A stretch of 64,000 nt of DNA from Kordiimonas sp. (GTDB taxonomy: Bacteria; Pseudomonadota; Alphaproteobacteria; Sphingomonadales; Kordiimonadaceae), in contig CBDARB010000011.1 in the NCBI GenBank assembly GCA_965199355.1, forward strand, positions 148,588 to 212,587. Direction: 5' to 3'. The position numbers were made by a program, and so were the translations under genes. A model generated the notes under the pieces. That model was not told where the DNA came from, did not search any database, and worked only from the letters and a program-made list of their open reading frames with translations. Of this stretch, positions 30,807 to 39,572 are shown one piece after another (within the stretch, counting starts at the first letter, position 1; every line of letters starts with the position of its first letter).

Positions 30807-32543
30807 ATGTTTGATAGTTTGGAATTGCCAAAAGTGGACCCAAGCACGCCGATTGATCAATTGATCGGCCTGTTGACGGCACCTGGGAAACCCTTTGAAA
30901 CCAAACAGGAAATGGTGAAGGGTGTTGAACACACGGTGTTCGCGGCCCAACCGGCCACCCTGAAAGATGTTTTCATGCTGTTCCTTGCGCATGCAGATAA
31001 GGAATTCATGGTCTATCAGGGCGAGCGGATCACATTTGCTGAAACTCTAGCAAAAGCGAGCCAGCTCTCTCAGGCGCTGGTAGACGACTTCGGTGTTCAG
31101 AAAGGGGACCGTGTTGCACTTGCGATGCGGAACTATCCTGAGTGGCCCATCGCCTATATGGCGATTGTCGCTGCTGGCGGCATCGCGGTACTGATGAACG
31201 CTTGGTGGAAGGAAGAAGAGCTTTCATGGGCGCTTAAGAATTGCGGCGCGAAAGTGGCGATTACTGATGCACCTAGAGCCGGGTATATGCTGGGCGTTGC
31301 AGATGAAATCGACCTTAAGATCATTGTCGCTCGCGATACATTCGAGGCCAATGATCGCTGTCAATCGATGGATGATGCGATAGACGGCAAGCAGCCTATG
31401 GTCTGGCCTGCTGTTGACGTGGACACTGATGACTTCGCCATGATGCTTTACACTTCGGGTTCCACAGGGTTCCCTAAGGGCGCGCCGTCAACCCACCGGG
31501 CTGTCATTAGCGTGCTTTTCAACTGGGTTGTTATCGCCCTGTGCCTCAAAATGCTGGGCCGCGTGCCGGACGATGAAGATTTCCAGCCAGTTATGCTGGT
31601 TGCGGTGCCTTTTTTCCATGTGACGGGCCTGCTGCCGGTCATGATGGTTTCAGCCGTTGTCGGTCGCAAATTGGTGATTATGCATAAATGGGACGCTGAC
31701 GAAGCCTGTAGGTTGGTGGAAGCAGAAGGTGTAACCACTTTCACAGGCGTGCCGACCATGAGCTATGAGATGGCTCAGGTAGCCAAAGGCGGCAAGTATG
31801 ATGTCTCTAGCCTGACAGACATGGGTGGCGGCGGTGCTGCACGTCCCGCGGAGCATGTGAAACTGATCAAGGAAGTGATGCCTAACGCAAACCCCGGTAT
31901 TGGATACGGCCTGACAGAAACCAATGCGATGGCTGCGCTTTTGTCCGGTGATGAGTATCTTGAACGCCCATCCAGTGTAGGCAAGGCTACACCGCCACTG
32001 ATGCAGGTCAAGATCGTTGACGGTTCCGGTACCGAAGTGCCGCAGGGTGAACGCGGTGAAATTTGCATGAAATCCGTCATGAATATCACCCATTACTGGG
32101 AAAACCCTGAAGCGACCGAGCGCGCGTTTCGCGATGGTTGGTTCCACTCTGGCGATGTTGGGTACATTGACGAAGAAGGCTATATCTTCATTGTAGACCG
32201 CTTGAAGGACATCATCATCCGGGGCGGCGAAAATATCAGCTCACTGGAAGTAGAGGCCGTTTTGCACGCCGTTGACGGCGTTGAAGATGTGATGGTGCTT
32301 GCGCTGCCATGCCCAACACTTGGCGAAATCGTGGGGGCTTGTGTTGTTCTAAGCGATGCATCGCTGAGCGAAGCAGACATTCTTGCGGAAACCGGCAAGC
32401 ATCTCGCGAAATATAAGCTGCCGACAAAAATGTGGATTAGGGAAGAGCCGCTGCCGCTTATAGCGTCCGGCAAGATCGACCGAAAGGCGGTCAAGGCTCA
32501 TTATCAAGAATTGTACAAGTCTGAATTAGAGAGGAATGCATAA
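30807..32543 (+). CDS. Long-chain fatty acid-CoA ligase (AMP-binding)
   Basis: YTSGSTGFPKG, GYGLTET, WFHSGDVG, DRLKDIIIRGGENI, SGKIDRK. ATG 30807 follows GGGGAGAG. Confidence 0.92.
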   Translation: MFDSLELPKVDPSTPIDQLIGLLTAPGKPFETKQEMVKGVEHTVFAAQPATLKDVFMLFLAHADKEFMVYQGERITFAETLAKASQLSQALVDDFGVQKGDRVALAMRNYPEWPIAYMAIVAAGGIAVLMNAWWKEEELSWALKNCGAKVAITDAPRAGYMLGVADEIDLKIIVARDTFEANDRCQSMDDAIDGKQPMVWPAVDVDTDDFAMMLYTSGSTGFPKGAPSTHRAVISVLFNWVVIALCLKMLGRVPDDEDFQPVMLVAVPFFHVTGLLPVMMVSAVVGRKLVIMHKWDADEACRLVEAEGVTTFTGVPTMSYEMAQVAKGGKYDVSSLTDMGGGGAARPAEHVKLIKEVMPNANPGIGYGLTETNAMAALLSGDEYLERPSSVGKATPPLMQVKIVDGSGTEVPQGERGEICMKSVMNITHYWENPEATERAFRDGWFHSGDVGYIDEEGYIFIVDRLKDIIIRGGENISSLEVEAVLHAVDGVEDVMVLALPCPTLGEIVGACVVLSDASLSEADILAETGKHLAKYKLPTKMWIREEPLPLIASGKIDRKAVKAHYQELYKSELERNA

Positions 32544-33781
32544 TGGATTTGGGAATGACCAAACGCGGCGAGGAGCTGCGCAACCGGGTTCGCAAATTTA
32601 TCGATGATATGGTTGTCCCGCTGGAGGACGAATATCATTCAGAAATCGGCAAGGCCGCAGGCGGTGACCGGTTTCAGTTCACACCGCGGATGACCGAAAT
32701 TCTAGAAAGCCTGAAAAAAGCTGCGAAGGCAGAAGGGCTTTGGAACTTCTGGCTTACGGATAGTGACCGTGGTTACGGTCTTTCAACCGTTGAATATGCT
32801 TATCTTGCAGAAGAAATGGGCCGTTCTCACCTTGCGGCGGAAAGCTTCAATTGCAGTGCGCCTGACACCGGCAATATGGAAGTGATTGAACGCTATGGCA
32901 GTGAAGAGCACAAAAAGAAATGGCTTGCACCACTTCTGGAAGGCAAGATCCGCTCTGCTTACCTAATGACAGAGCCTGATGTAGCCTCTTCTGACGCAAC
33001 GAACCTAGAAATGAGCGCTGTGCTTGATGGTGATCACTATGTGCTGAACGGCGAGAAATATTGGGCCTCTGGCGCTGGTGACCCACGCTGTAAGCTTTAT
33101 GTCACCATGGTAAAAACCGGTGATGACGATACACCGCGCAAAAGCCGCCACAGCATGATTTTTGTTGATCCTGATACGGACGGCATCGAAATCCTGCGCC
33201 CGATGATGGTGTTTGGCCATGATGATGCACCGCACGGCCATATGCATATTCATTTCACCAACGTGCGCGTACCAAAAGAAAACCTGATCCTTGGTGAAGG
33301 ACGTGGTTTTGAAGTGTCTCAAGGCCGTCTCGGCCCTGGCCGTATTCACCACTGCATGCGTTCAATCGGCGCTGCGGAACGGGGCCTGGAACTGCTCTGT
33401 AAACGGGCTACAACCCGTGAAGCGTTTGGTCGTCCGCTTGCAAAACTTGGTGCCAACTATGACATTATTGCGGAATGCCGCATCAATATTGAAATGACGC
33501 GACTGTTGTGCCTGAAAGCTGCCTATATGATGGACACCATCGGTACACAGGCTGCCCAGCCTTATATCTCGCAAATTAAGGTGCAGGCACCGCGGATGGC
33601 GCTTGAGGTAATTGATGAAGCCATGCAGATGCATGGTGGCCGTGGCATCAGCCAGGACTTCCCGCTTGCGAGCATGTGGCATGGTCAGCGTACCCTGCGG
33701 TTTGCTGATGGCCCGGATGCGGTGCACCGGATGGTTATTGCCCGTACTGAGCTGAAAAAATACCGCTCAAACAGCGTCTAG
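32543..33781 (+). CDS. Acyl-CoA dehydrogenase (ACAD10/11 C-terminal / LvaC-like family)
   Basis: FNCSAPDTGNMEV, MTEPDVASSDATN, QGRLGPGRIHHCMR, LRFADGPDAVH. Confidence 0.92.
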   Translation: MDLGMTKRGEELRNRVRKFIDDMVVPLEDEYHSEIGKAAGGDRFQFTPRMTEILESLKKAAKAEGLWNFWLTDSDRGYGLSTVEYAYLAEEMGRSHLAAESFNCSAPDTGNMEVIERYGSEEHKKKWLAPLLEGKIRSAYLMTEPDVASSDATNLEMSAVLDGDHYVLNGEKYWASGAGDPRCKLYVTMVKTGDDDTPRKSRHSMIFVDPDTDGIEILRPMMVFGHDDAPHGHMHIHFTNVRVPKENLILGEGRGFEVSQGRLGPGRIHHCMRSIGAAERGLELLCKRATTREAFGRPLAKLGANYDIIAECRINIEMTRLLCLKAAYMMDTIGTQAAQPYISQIKVQAPRMALEVIDEAMQMHGGRGISQDFPLASMWHGQRTLRFADGPDAVHRMVIARTELKKYRSNSV

Positions 33782-33792
33782 GCTTTGTTTGG

Positions 33793-34587
33793 ATGGATTT
33801 TGATCTCGACAATCTATTCAGCGTGAAAGGCAAGGTTGCTCTTGTCACTGGTGGCGGTTCCGGCATCGGTACAATGGCAACCGAGGCGCTGGTGCGGGCG
33901 GGCTGCAAGGTCTATATCGCATCGCGTCGCCTTGAAAGCTGTGAGGCAGTGGCTGAAGAATGTAATGAGGTTGGCCCCGGTAAGGTGATTGCCTTGCAGG
34001 CTGATCTTCGCACTGAAGAAGGAACGGCTGCATTGGCTGATGAACTGGCAGTCAGAGAGAATGCGCTTGATATCCTGGTGAATAACTCTGGCATGACGTG
34101 GGGGGCACCGTTTGACGAATTCCCTCGTTCCAAGTGGGATGAGGTGATGGCGCTCAATGTTTCTGCTGTTGCAGACCTGACCAAAAACCTGCTGCCGCTC
34201 TTGCGCCGTGCTGGCACAGCAGAAGACCCGGCCAGAGTGGTAAACTTGGGTTCGGTTGTTGGTACGCGGCCCGCATCAAACCAAGCCTATAGTTACGGTG
34301 CCAGCAAGGCGGCAATCCATCACCTTACGCGCATGCTCGCCAATGAATTTGGCTCCATGCATGTCACGGTGAATGCGATTGCGCCAGGTCCGTTTCCTAG
34401 CCGAATGATGGCACATGTCATCAGGGATGATGCACGAAAAAAAGCGATGGAAGCGCGTGTTCCGCTCCACCGGGTAGGAGAGCCAGAAGACATTGCGGGT
34501 GTATTATTGATGCTGTGTTCGCGTGCAGGCAGCTACATCACGGGTGGGATCATTCCTCTGGATGGTGGCTTGTCGGCGATGCCATAG
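33793..34587 (+). CDS. Short-chain dehydrogenase/reductase
   Basis: TGGGSGIG, VNNSG, YGASK. Confidence 0.92.
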   Translation: MDFDLDNLFSVKGKVALVTGGGSGIGTMATEALVRAGCKVYIASRRLESCEAVAEECNEVGPGKVIALQADLRTEEGTAALADELAVRENALDILVNNSGMTWGAPFDEFPRSKWDEVMALNVSAVADLTKNLLPLLRRAGTAEDPARVVNLGSVVGTRPASNQAYSYGASKAAIHHLTRMLANEFGSMHVTVNAIAPGPFPSRMMAHVIRDDARKKAMEARVPLHRVGEPEDIAGVLLMLCSRAGSYITGGIIPLDGGLSAMP

Positions 34588-34593
34588 AAATAT

Positions 34594-34645
34594 AAAACGA
34601 ATCATTTCGAATCAATGATTCGTTTTCGAAATTTATGATTCGAAA
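34594..34645. promoter_or_regulatory. Interleaved inverted repeats, probable operator array upstream of the MaoC-SDR-thiolase-QOR genes
   Basis: AAAACGAATCAT (34594-34605) / ATGATTCGTTTT (34615-34626) and TTTCGAATCA (34605-34614) / TGATTCGAAA (34636-34645). Confidence 0.6.
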
Positions 34646-34724
34646 CAGCAGCTTGCTGACTCTTTTTGAATCAAAACCTTATCAGGCGCTGTCGCGCCGA
34701 AAATTGATAGAGATGGAGACTGAA

Positions 34725-35189
34725 ATGGGTGACACAGTTAAGAAAGATGACCTTCAGAATTATGTTGGTAAAGAAACCGGCGTTTCAGATTGGTTCAAGG
34801 TTGATCAAGACCGGGTTAATCAGTTTGCTGATGTTACACTCGACCATCAGTTCATCCATATTGATCCAGAAAAAGCCGCGCAAACACCGTTCGGCACCAC
34901 CATTGCTCATGGCTTCTTGACGCTTTCACTCATTCCGCATCTTGCCGCTGATGCCACACTGAATGTGGAAGGTACAATGATGGGTATCAATTATGGCAGC
35001 GACGAGGTTCGTTTTCTGGCGCCCGTGAAGGTTGGCAGTGAAATCCGTGCGCGTTCCAAGCTACTTAGTGTGAGTGAAAAGCCGGGTAACCGTCTTTTGC
35101 TGAAAAGCGAAGTGACCATGGAGATCAACGGCGAAGATACGCCAGCCCTGATCGCGGAAACGCTGACCATGCTCGTGGTAGCTGGCTAA
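34725..35189 (+). CDS. MaoC family (R)-enoyl-CoA hydratase
   Basis: FADVTLDHQFIHID, TIAHGFLTLSL, VRFLAPV. ATG 34725 follows GGAG. Confidence 0.9.
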   Translation: MGDTVKKDDLQNYVGKETGVSDWFKVDQDRVNQFADVTLDHQFIHIDPEKAAQTPFGTTIAHGFLTLSLIPHLAADATLNVEGTMMGINYGSDEVRFLAPVKVGSEIRARSKLLSVSEKPGNRLLLKSEVTMEINGEDTPALIAETLTMLVVAG

Positions 35190-35230
35190 CCAGATTTTTA
35201 AATCAAACGATTTTAGTTCGGAGAGTTTTT

Positions 35231-36151
35231 ATGAGTATTTCCTATGACGGCAAAGTCGCCATCGTCACCGGAGCTGGGGGCGGCCTTGGCCGCAGCCACG
35301 CGCTTGCGCTAGCGGCCCGTGGTGCCAAGGTGGTTGTGAATGACCTTGGCGGTGATGTGCATGGTGAAGGCGGATCTTCATCTGCTGCTGAGGCGGTCGT
35401 TCAAGAGATTGTGGACGCTGGCGGCGAAGCAATCGCGCATGGGGCAAACGTGTGTGATGCCGATCAGGTTGCAGACATGGTGAAAACCACCATGGACAAG
35501 TGGGGCCGGATCGACATTCTGATCAATAACGCAGGTGTGCTTAGGGACAAGACGTTTGCCAAGATGGAACTGTCAGACTTCGAATTCGTCATGAGTGTTC
35601 ATGTGATGGGCTCAGTGACCTGCACCAAGGCTGTTTGGGATATCATGCGCGAACAAGCCTATGGCCGCATTGTCATGACCACATCTTCGTCCGGCCTGTA
35701 CGGTAACTTTGGCCAAAGTAACTATGGTGCCGCAAAAATGGCGCTTGTCGGCTTTATGAACACGCTGTGCCTTGAGGGTGCCAAGTTCAACATCAACGTA
35801 AACTGTCTCGCACCGATGGCTGCAACCCGCATGACCGAGGGATTGCTGCCGCAAGCGGCGCTTGACCTCTCGACACCAGAGTCGGTGACCGCTGGCTTGC
35901 TTACCCTTTGTGATGATGACGCACCGAACCGCACCATTCTTGCCGCTGGTGCTGGTGGTTATGCGAAGGCCGTTGTTTATGAGACTGAAGGCATCTATCT
36001 GAAACCAGATGAGCAAACACCTGAGAATGTGCGCGCGGCATTTGAAGACCTTTCAAACCCTGAAGGCCAGCAGGAGCTGGTGCAGGGTGGTCAACAATCC
36101 ATGAAATTCATCGGCAAGGCCGCTGCGGCCCTTGGCGTAAAAGTAGGTTAG
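35231..36151 (+). CDS. SDR of the MFE-2/HSD17B4 N-terminal (3-hydroxyacyl-CoA dehydrogenase) type
   Basis: VTGAGGGLGRSHAL, VVVNDLGG, NNAGVLRDKTF, TTSSSGLYGNFGQSNYGAAK. Confidence 0.9.
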   Translation: MSISYDGKVAIVTGAGGGLGRSHALALAARGAKVVVNDLGGDVHGEGGSSSAAEAVVQEIVDAGGEAIAHGANVCDADQVADMVKTTMDKWGRIDILINNAGVLRDKTFAKMELSDFEFVMSVHVMGSVTCTKAVWDIMREQAYGRIVMTTSSSGLYGNFGQSNYGAAKMALVGFMNTLCLEGAKFNINVNCLAPMAATRMTEGLLPQAALDLSTPESVTAGLLTLCDDDAPNRTILAAGAGGYAKAVVYETEGIYLKPDEQTPENVRAAFEDLSNPEGQQELVQGGQQSMKFIGKAAAALGVKVG

Positions 36152-36160
36152 GAACATATC

Positions 36161-37342
36161 ATGCGTGAAGCAGTTATTGTATCAACAGCTAGAACACCAA
36201 TTGGCCGCGCATACCGTGGTTCATTGAATGCAACACTTGGCCCAACACTTGGGGCTCACTCAATCTCCGCTGCTGTGGAGCGGGCAGGCATTGAAGGGGC
36301 TGAGGTTGATGATGTGATTATGGGCTGTGCCCTGACACAAGGCACAACAGGCGCGAATATCGGTCGCCTGGCTGCCCTTCGTGCGGGCCTGCCAACCAGT
36401 GTTGCGGGCATGACCATCGACCGCCAGTGTTCGTCCGGCATGATGGCAATTGCGACAGCAGCGAAACAGATCATCGGCGACGGTATGGACATCGCCGTTG
36501 GTGCTGGTATCGACAGTATTTCTGTCGTGCAAAACGAAAATATGAACCGTTTTCAGGCTGTAGACAAAAGCTTGGTTGCCATGCACGAACACACATATAT
36601 GCCGATGCTGCAAACTGCTGAAGTGGTTGCAGAGCGCTATGGCATTGGCCGCGAGGAGCAGGATGCCTATGGCCTTCAGTCACAGCAACGCACAGCTGCA
36701 GCACAGCAAGCTGGCAAGTTTGATGATGAAATCGTTCCAATCACCACCAACATGGCTGTGGTGAACAAGGAAACCAAAGAGATGTCCTTCCATGAAGTGA
36801 CTCTCGAAAAAGACGAAGGCAACCGCCCTGAGACAACAGCAGAGGGCCTTGCTGGCCTGAAAACTGTGATTGAAGGCGGCACCATTACGGCGGGTAACGC
36901 CAGCCAGCTTTCTGACGGTTCCTCGGCTTCTGTACTGATGGAAGCAAAGGTTGCGGAACGCAAAGGACTGCAACCTCTTGGTATCTACCGCGGTATGGCT
37001 GTTGCGGGCCTGGAGCCAGATGAGATGGGCATTGGCCCGATCTATGCCATTCCAAAGCTTCTTGAAAAAAATGGCCTTAAGATGGATGACATCGGCCTTT
37101 GGGAGCTGAACGAAGCCTTTGCTGTTCAGGTGGTTTATTGCCGCGACAAACTTGGTATTCCAAACGAGCTGTTAAATGTGAATGGTGGTGCCATCTCTAT
37201 CGGACACCCTTACGGCATGTCCGGTGCGCGTATGGTTGGCCATGCGCTGATTGAAGGCAAGCGCCGTGGTGCCAAATATGTTGTGTGCACAATGTGTGTT
37301 GGCGGCGGCATGGGTGCTGCTGGTCTGTTTGAGGTTGCCTAA
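36161..37342 (+). CDS. Acetyl-CoA C-acyltransferase (thiolase)
   Basis: DRQCSSG, ELNEAF, IGHPYG, CVGGGMG. Confidence 0.95.
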   Translation: MREAVIVSTARTPIGRAYRGSLNATLGPTLGAHSISAAVERAGIEGAEVDDVIMGCALTQGTTGANIGRLAALRAGLPTSVAGMTIDRQCSSGMMAIATAAKQIIGDGMDIAVGAGIDSISVVQNENMNRFQAVDKSLVAMHEHTYMPMLQTAEVVAERYGIGREEQDAYGLQSQQRTAAAQQAGKFDDEIVPITTNMAVVNKETKEMSFHEVTLEKDEGNRPETTAEGLAGLKTVIEGGTITAGNASQLSDGSSASVLMEAKVAERKGLQPLGIYRGMAVAGLEPDEMGIGPIYAIPKLLEKNGLKMDDIGLWELNEAFAVQVVYCRDKLGIPNELLNVNGGAISIGHPYGMSGARMVGHALIEGKRRGAKYVVCTMCVGGGMGAAGLFEVA

Positions 37343-37360
37343 GCAATAGGGAGACGTGCC

Positions 37361-38335
37361 ATGAAAGCAGTTCTTTGTAAGGAGCTTGGGCCAGCAGACA
37401 AACTGGTTGTTGATGAGGTCGCTGACCCAACCCCGGGTGCCGAGCAGGTGCTTGTGGATGTGAAGGCCGCAGGTCTGAACTTTCCGGACACCTTGATCAT
37501 TGAAGGCAAGTATCAGTTCAAGCCTGATCTGCCGTTCACGCCGGGTGGTGAAGGCGCGGGTGTGATCAGCGCGGTTGGCGAAGGCGTTAGCCACCTGAAG
37601 GCTGGCGATAAGGTCATCTTCATGTGCCAAACAGGCGCTTTCGCGGAAAAGGTGGTGGTTCCGGCCATCACTGCCATTCCGATGCCTGATGGCCTGTCAT
37701 TTGAGATGGCGGCAGGCATTACGCTGACGTATGGCACCAGCTATCATGCGCTTAAGCAGCGTGCGCAGCTCAAAGAAGGGGAAACCGTTCTTGTGCTAGG
37801 CGCTGCTGGTGGTGTTGGTATCGCGACCGTTGAGCTGGCGAAAGCCATGGGTGCCAAAGTGATTGCAGCGGCGAGCACAGACGAAAAGCTGGCGTTCTGC
37901 AAGGCGTCCGGCGCGGACGAACTGATCAACTATTCAACTGAAGAACTGAAAGCGCGGGTGAAAGAGATCACAGGCGGCAAGGGTGTTGATGTAATTTATG
38001 ACCCGGTTGGCGGTGACTATACCGAGGCCGCGTTCCGCAACATGGCACCAAATGGTCGTCATTTGGTGATTGGTTTTGCTGCGGGTGATATACCCAAAGT
38101 GCCGATCAACCTGTGCCTGTTGAAGCAAGCATCGCTGGTTGGTGTGTTCTGGGGCGCTTGGGCAAGCAAGAACCCATCTGACCAAATCCAGAATATGCGT
38201 GAAATTCTGGGCATGGTTGCCGATGGCAGTGTGCGCGCAAGCGTGAATGATGTTTTTCCGCTAGCAGAAGTTGAGGCAGCTTACGCGTGCCTGACCGAAC
38301 GCCGTGCCAAAGGAAAAGTGATCCTGACCACATAG
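37361..38335 (+). CDS. NADPH:quinone oxidoreductase family (MDR)
   Basis: GLNFPD, PGGEGAG, VLGAAGGVG, GVDVIYDPVGG. Confidence 0.92.
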   Translation: MKAVLCKELGPADKLVVDEVADPTPGAEQVLVDVKAAGLNFPDTLIIEGKYQFKPDLPFTPGGEGAGVISAVGEGVSHLKAGDKVIFMCQTGAFAEKVVVPAITAIPMPDGLSFEMAAGITLTYGTSYHALKQRAQLKEGETVLVLGAAGGVGIATVELAKAMGAKVIAAASTDEKLAFCKASGADELINYSTEELKARVKEITGGKGVDVIYDPVGGDYTEAAFRNMAPNGRHLVIGFAAGDIPKVPINLCLLKQASLVGVFWGAWASKNPSDQIQNMREILGMVADGSVRASVNDVFPLAEVEAAYACLTERRAKGKVILTT

Positions 38336-38357
38336 GCGCTAGTTGTACAAGACTTTG

Positions 38358-38385
38358 AAAAGCGGCCTTTTGGGGTCGCTTTTTT
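38358..38385 (+). terminator. Rho-independent terminator
   Basis: AGCGGCC / GGTCGCT stem followed by a run of six T. Confidence 0.8.
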
Positions 38386-38457
38386 GATTTCTGGACCGTT
38401 CAGTCTTGATAAAATGCGGCTTCGTCATATTCTCCTGTGCATGGAGACTGTTAGCCC

Positions 38458-39531
38458 GTGAAAGCTCTTAAACTCATTGCCGGAAAAACCGCCAAGGCTC
38501 GTATCCACGAGCACGGTTTGTCGCCCGATTTGGTGCGGGCGATTGTTGGTGCTTCTGGCGGGCCGAAGTGGCTGGTGCTTAAGGGACTGGATAGGTTCCT
38601 CTGTCATGAATGGATGCCAAACGCGCCTCAGAATATCGACCTGATTGGTAGCTCTATTGGCGCATGGCGGATGACGGTTTATGCGCACCCTGAACCAGGG
38701 AAGATGTTCGACAAGTTTATTGAAGGGTATTTCGGTTTCCGGACTGATAATGTCAAAACCGCGGCGGAGCTTACGCGCGTTTCCTACGACATTATTCATG
38801 CTCTTTACCCGGATGTGGAAAAGGCGCGATTGCTCGATAACCCGAACCGGAACCTTAATATAGTTGCGGTAAAGGGCAGGGGACTGGCTGGCAGTAAAAT
38901 AAAATCAGCGGAAGCTTTGGGCATGCTTGGGGCTGCATTTGCCAACCGGCTGTCGCGAGGTAACCTACACAGGTTTTTTGACCGAGTGCTGTTCCATTCA
39001 AGCACCGAGGTGCCTCAGCTTGAGGTATGGCATGGGTTTGGACGTATTGATGCGTGCTTGTCGCCTGCGTCGCTGGCAGATGCCTTGATGGCGAGCGGGT
39101 CTATCCCCTTCGTGTCTGAGCCAATAGTCGACATTGAGGGGGCAGGCAGCGGCGTTTACCGGGATGGCGGGGTGATAGATTATCATTTTGACCTGCCATG
39201 GAACTATGATGATGGCATCGTGCTCTATCCTCATTTCTATGATTTCATCGTGCCAGGTTGGTTTGATAAAAGTTTGGAAAATCGTCGTGCCACCGGGGCA
39301 GCGTGGGATCAGCTGTTGATGCTGTCGCCTACAACCGAATTTGTAGCCTCACTACCCGGCGGTAAGATTACAGATCGCAAGGACTTTTCACAAATGTCGG
39401 ATGAAGAACGGCTTGCCTGCTGGAATGTGGTGATCTCAGAAAGCGAGCGTCTGGCCGATGAATTTGCGGAATTACTGGACGATCAGGATAAATTGGTCGA
39501 CAGTCTGGAAGACGCGCCTGCGTCCGCGTAA
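38458..39531 (+). CDS. Patatin-like phospholipase family protein
   Basis: GASGGPKW glycine loop, GSSIG nucleophile, DGG catalytic motif. Confidence 0.8.
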   Translation: MKALKLIAGKTAKARIHEHGLSPDLVRAIVGASGGPKWLVLKGLDRFLCHEWMPNAPQNIDLIGSSIGAWRMTVYAHPEPGKMFDKFIEGYFGFRTDNVKTAAELTRVSYDIIHALYPDVEKARLLDNPNRNLNIVAVKGRGLAGSKIKSAEALGMLGAAFANRLSRGNLHRFFDRVLFHSSTEVPQLEVWHGFGRIDACLSPASLADALMASGSIPFVSEPIVDIEGAGSGVYRDGGVIDYHFDLPWNYDDGIVLYPHFYDFIVPGWFDKSLENRRATGAAWDQLLMLSPTTEFVASLPGGKITDRKDFSQMSDEERLACWNVVISESERLADEFAELLDDQDKLVDSLEDAPASA

Positions 39532-39572
39532 ACGACCGAGATGGTATTCTGCCTAATGTGCAAGGAGATTAT

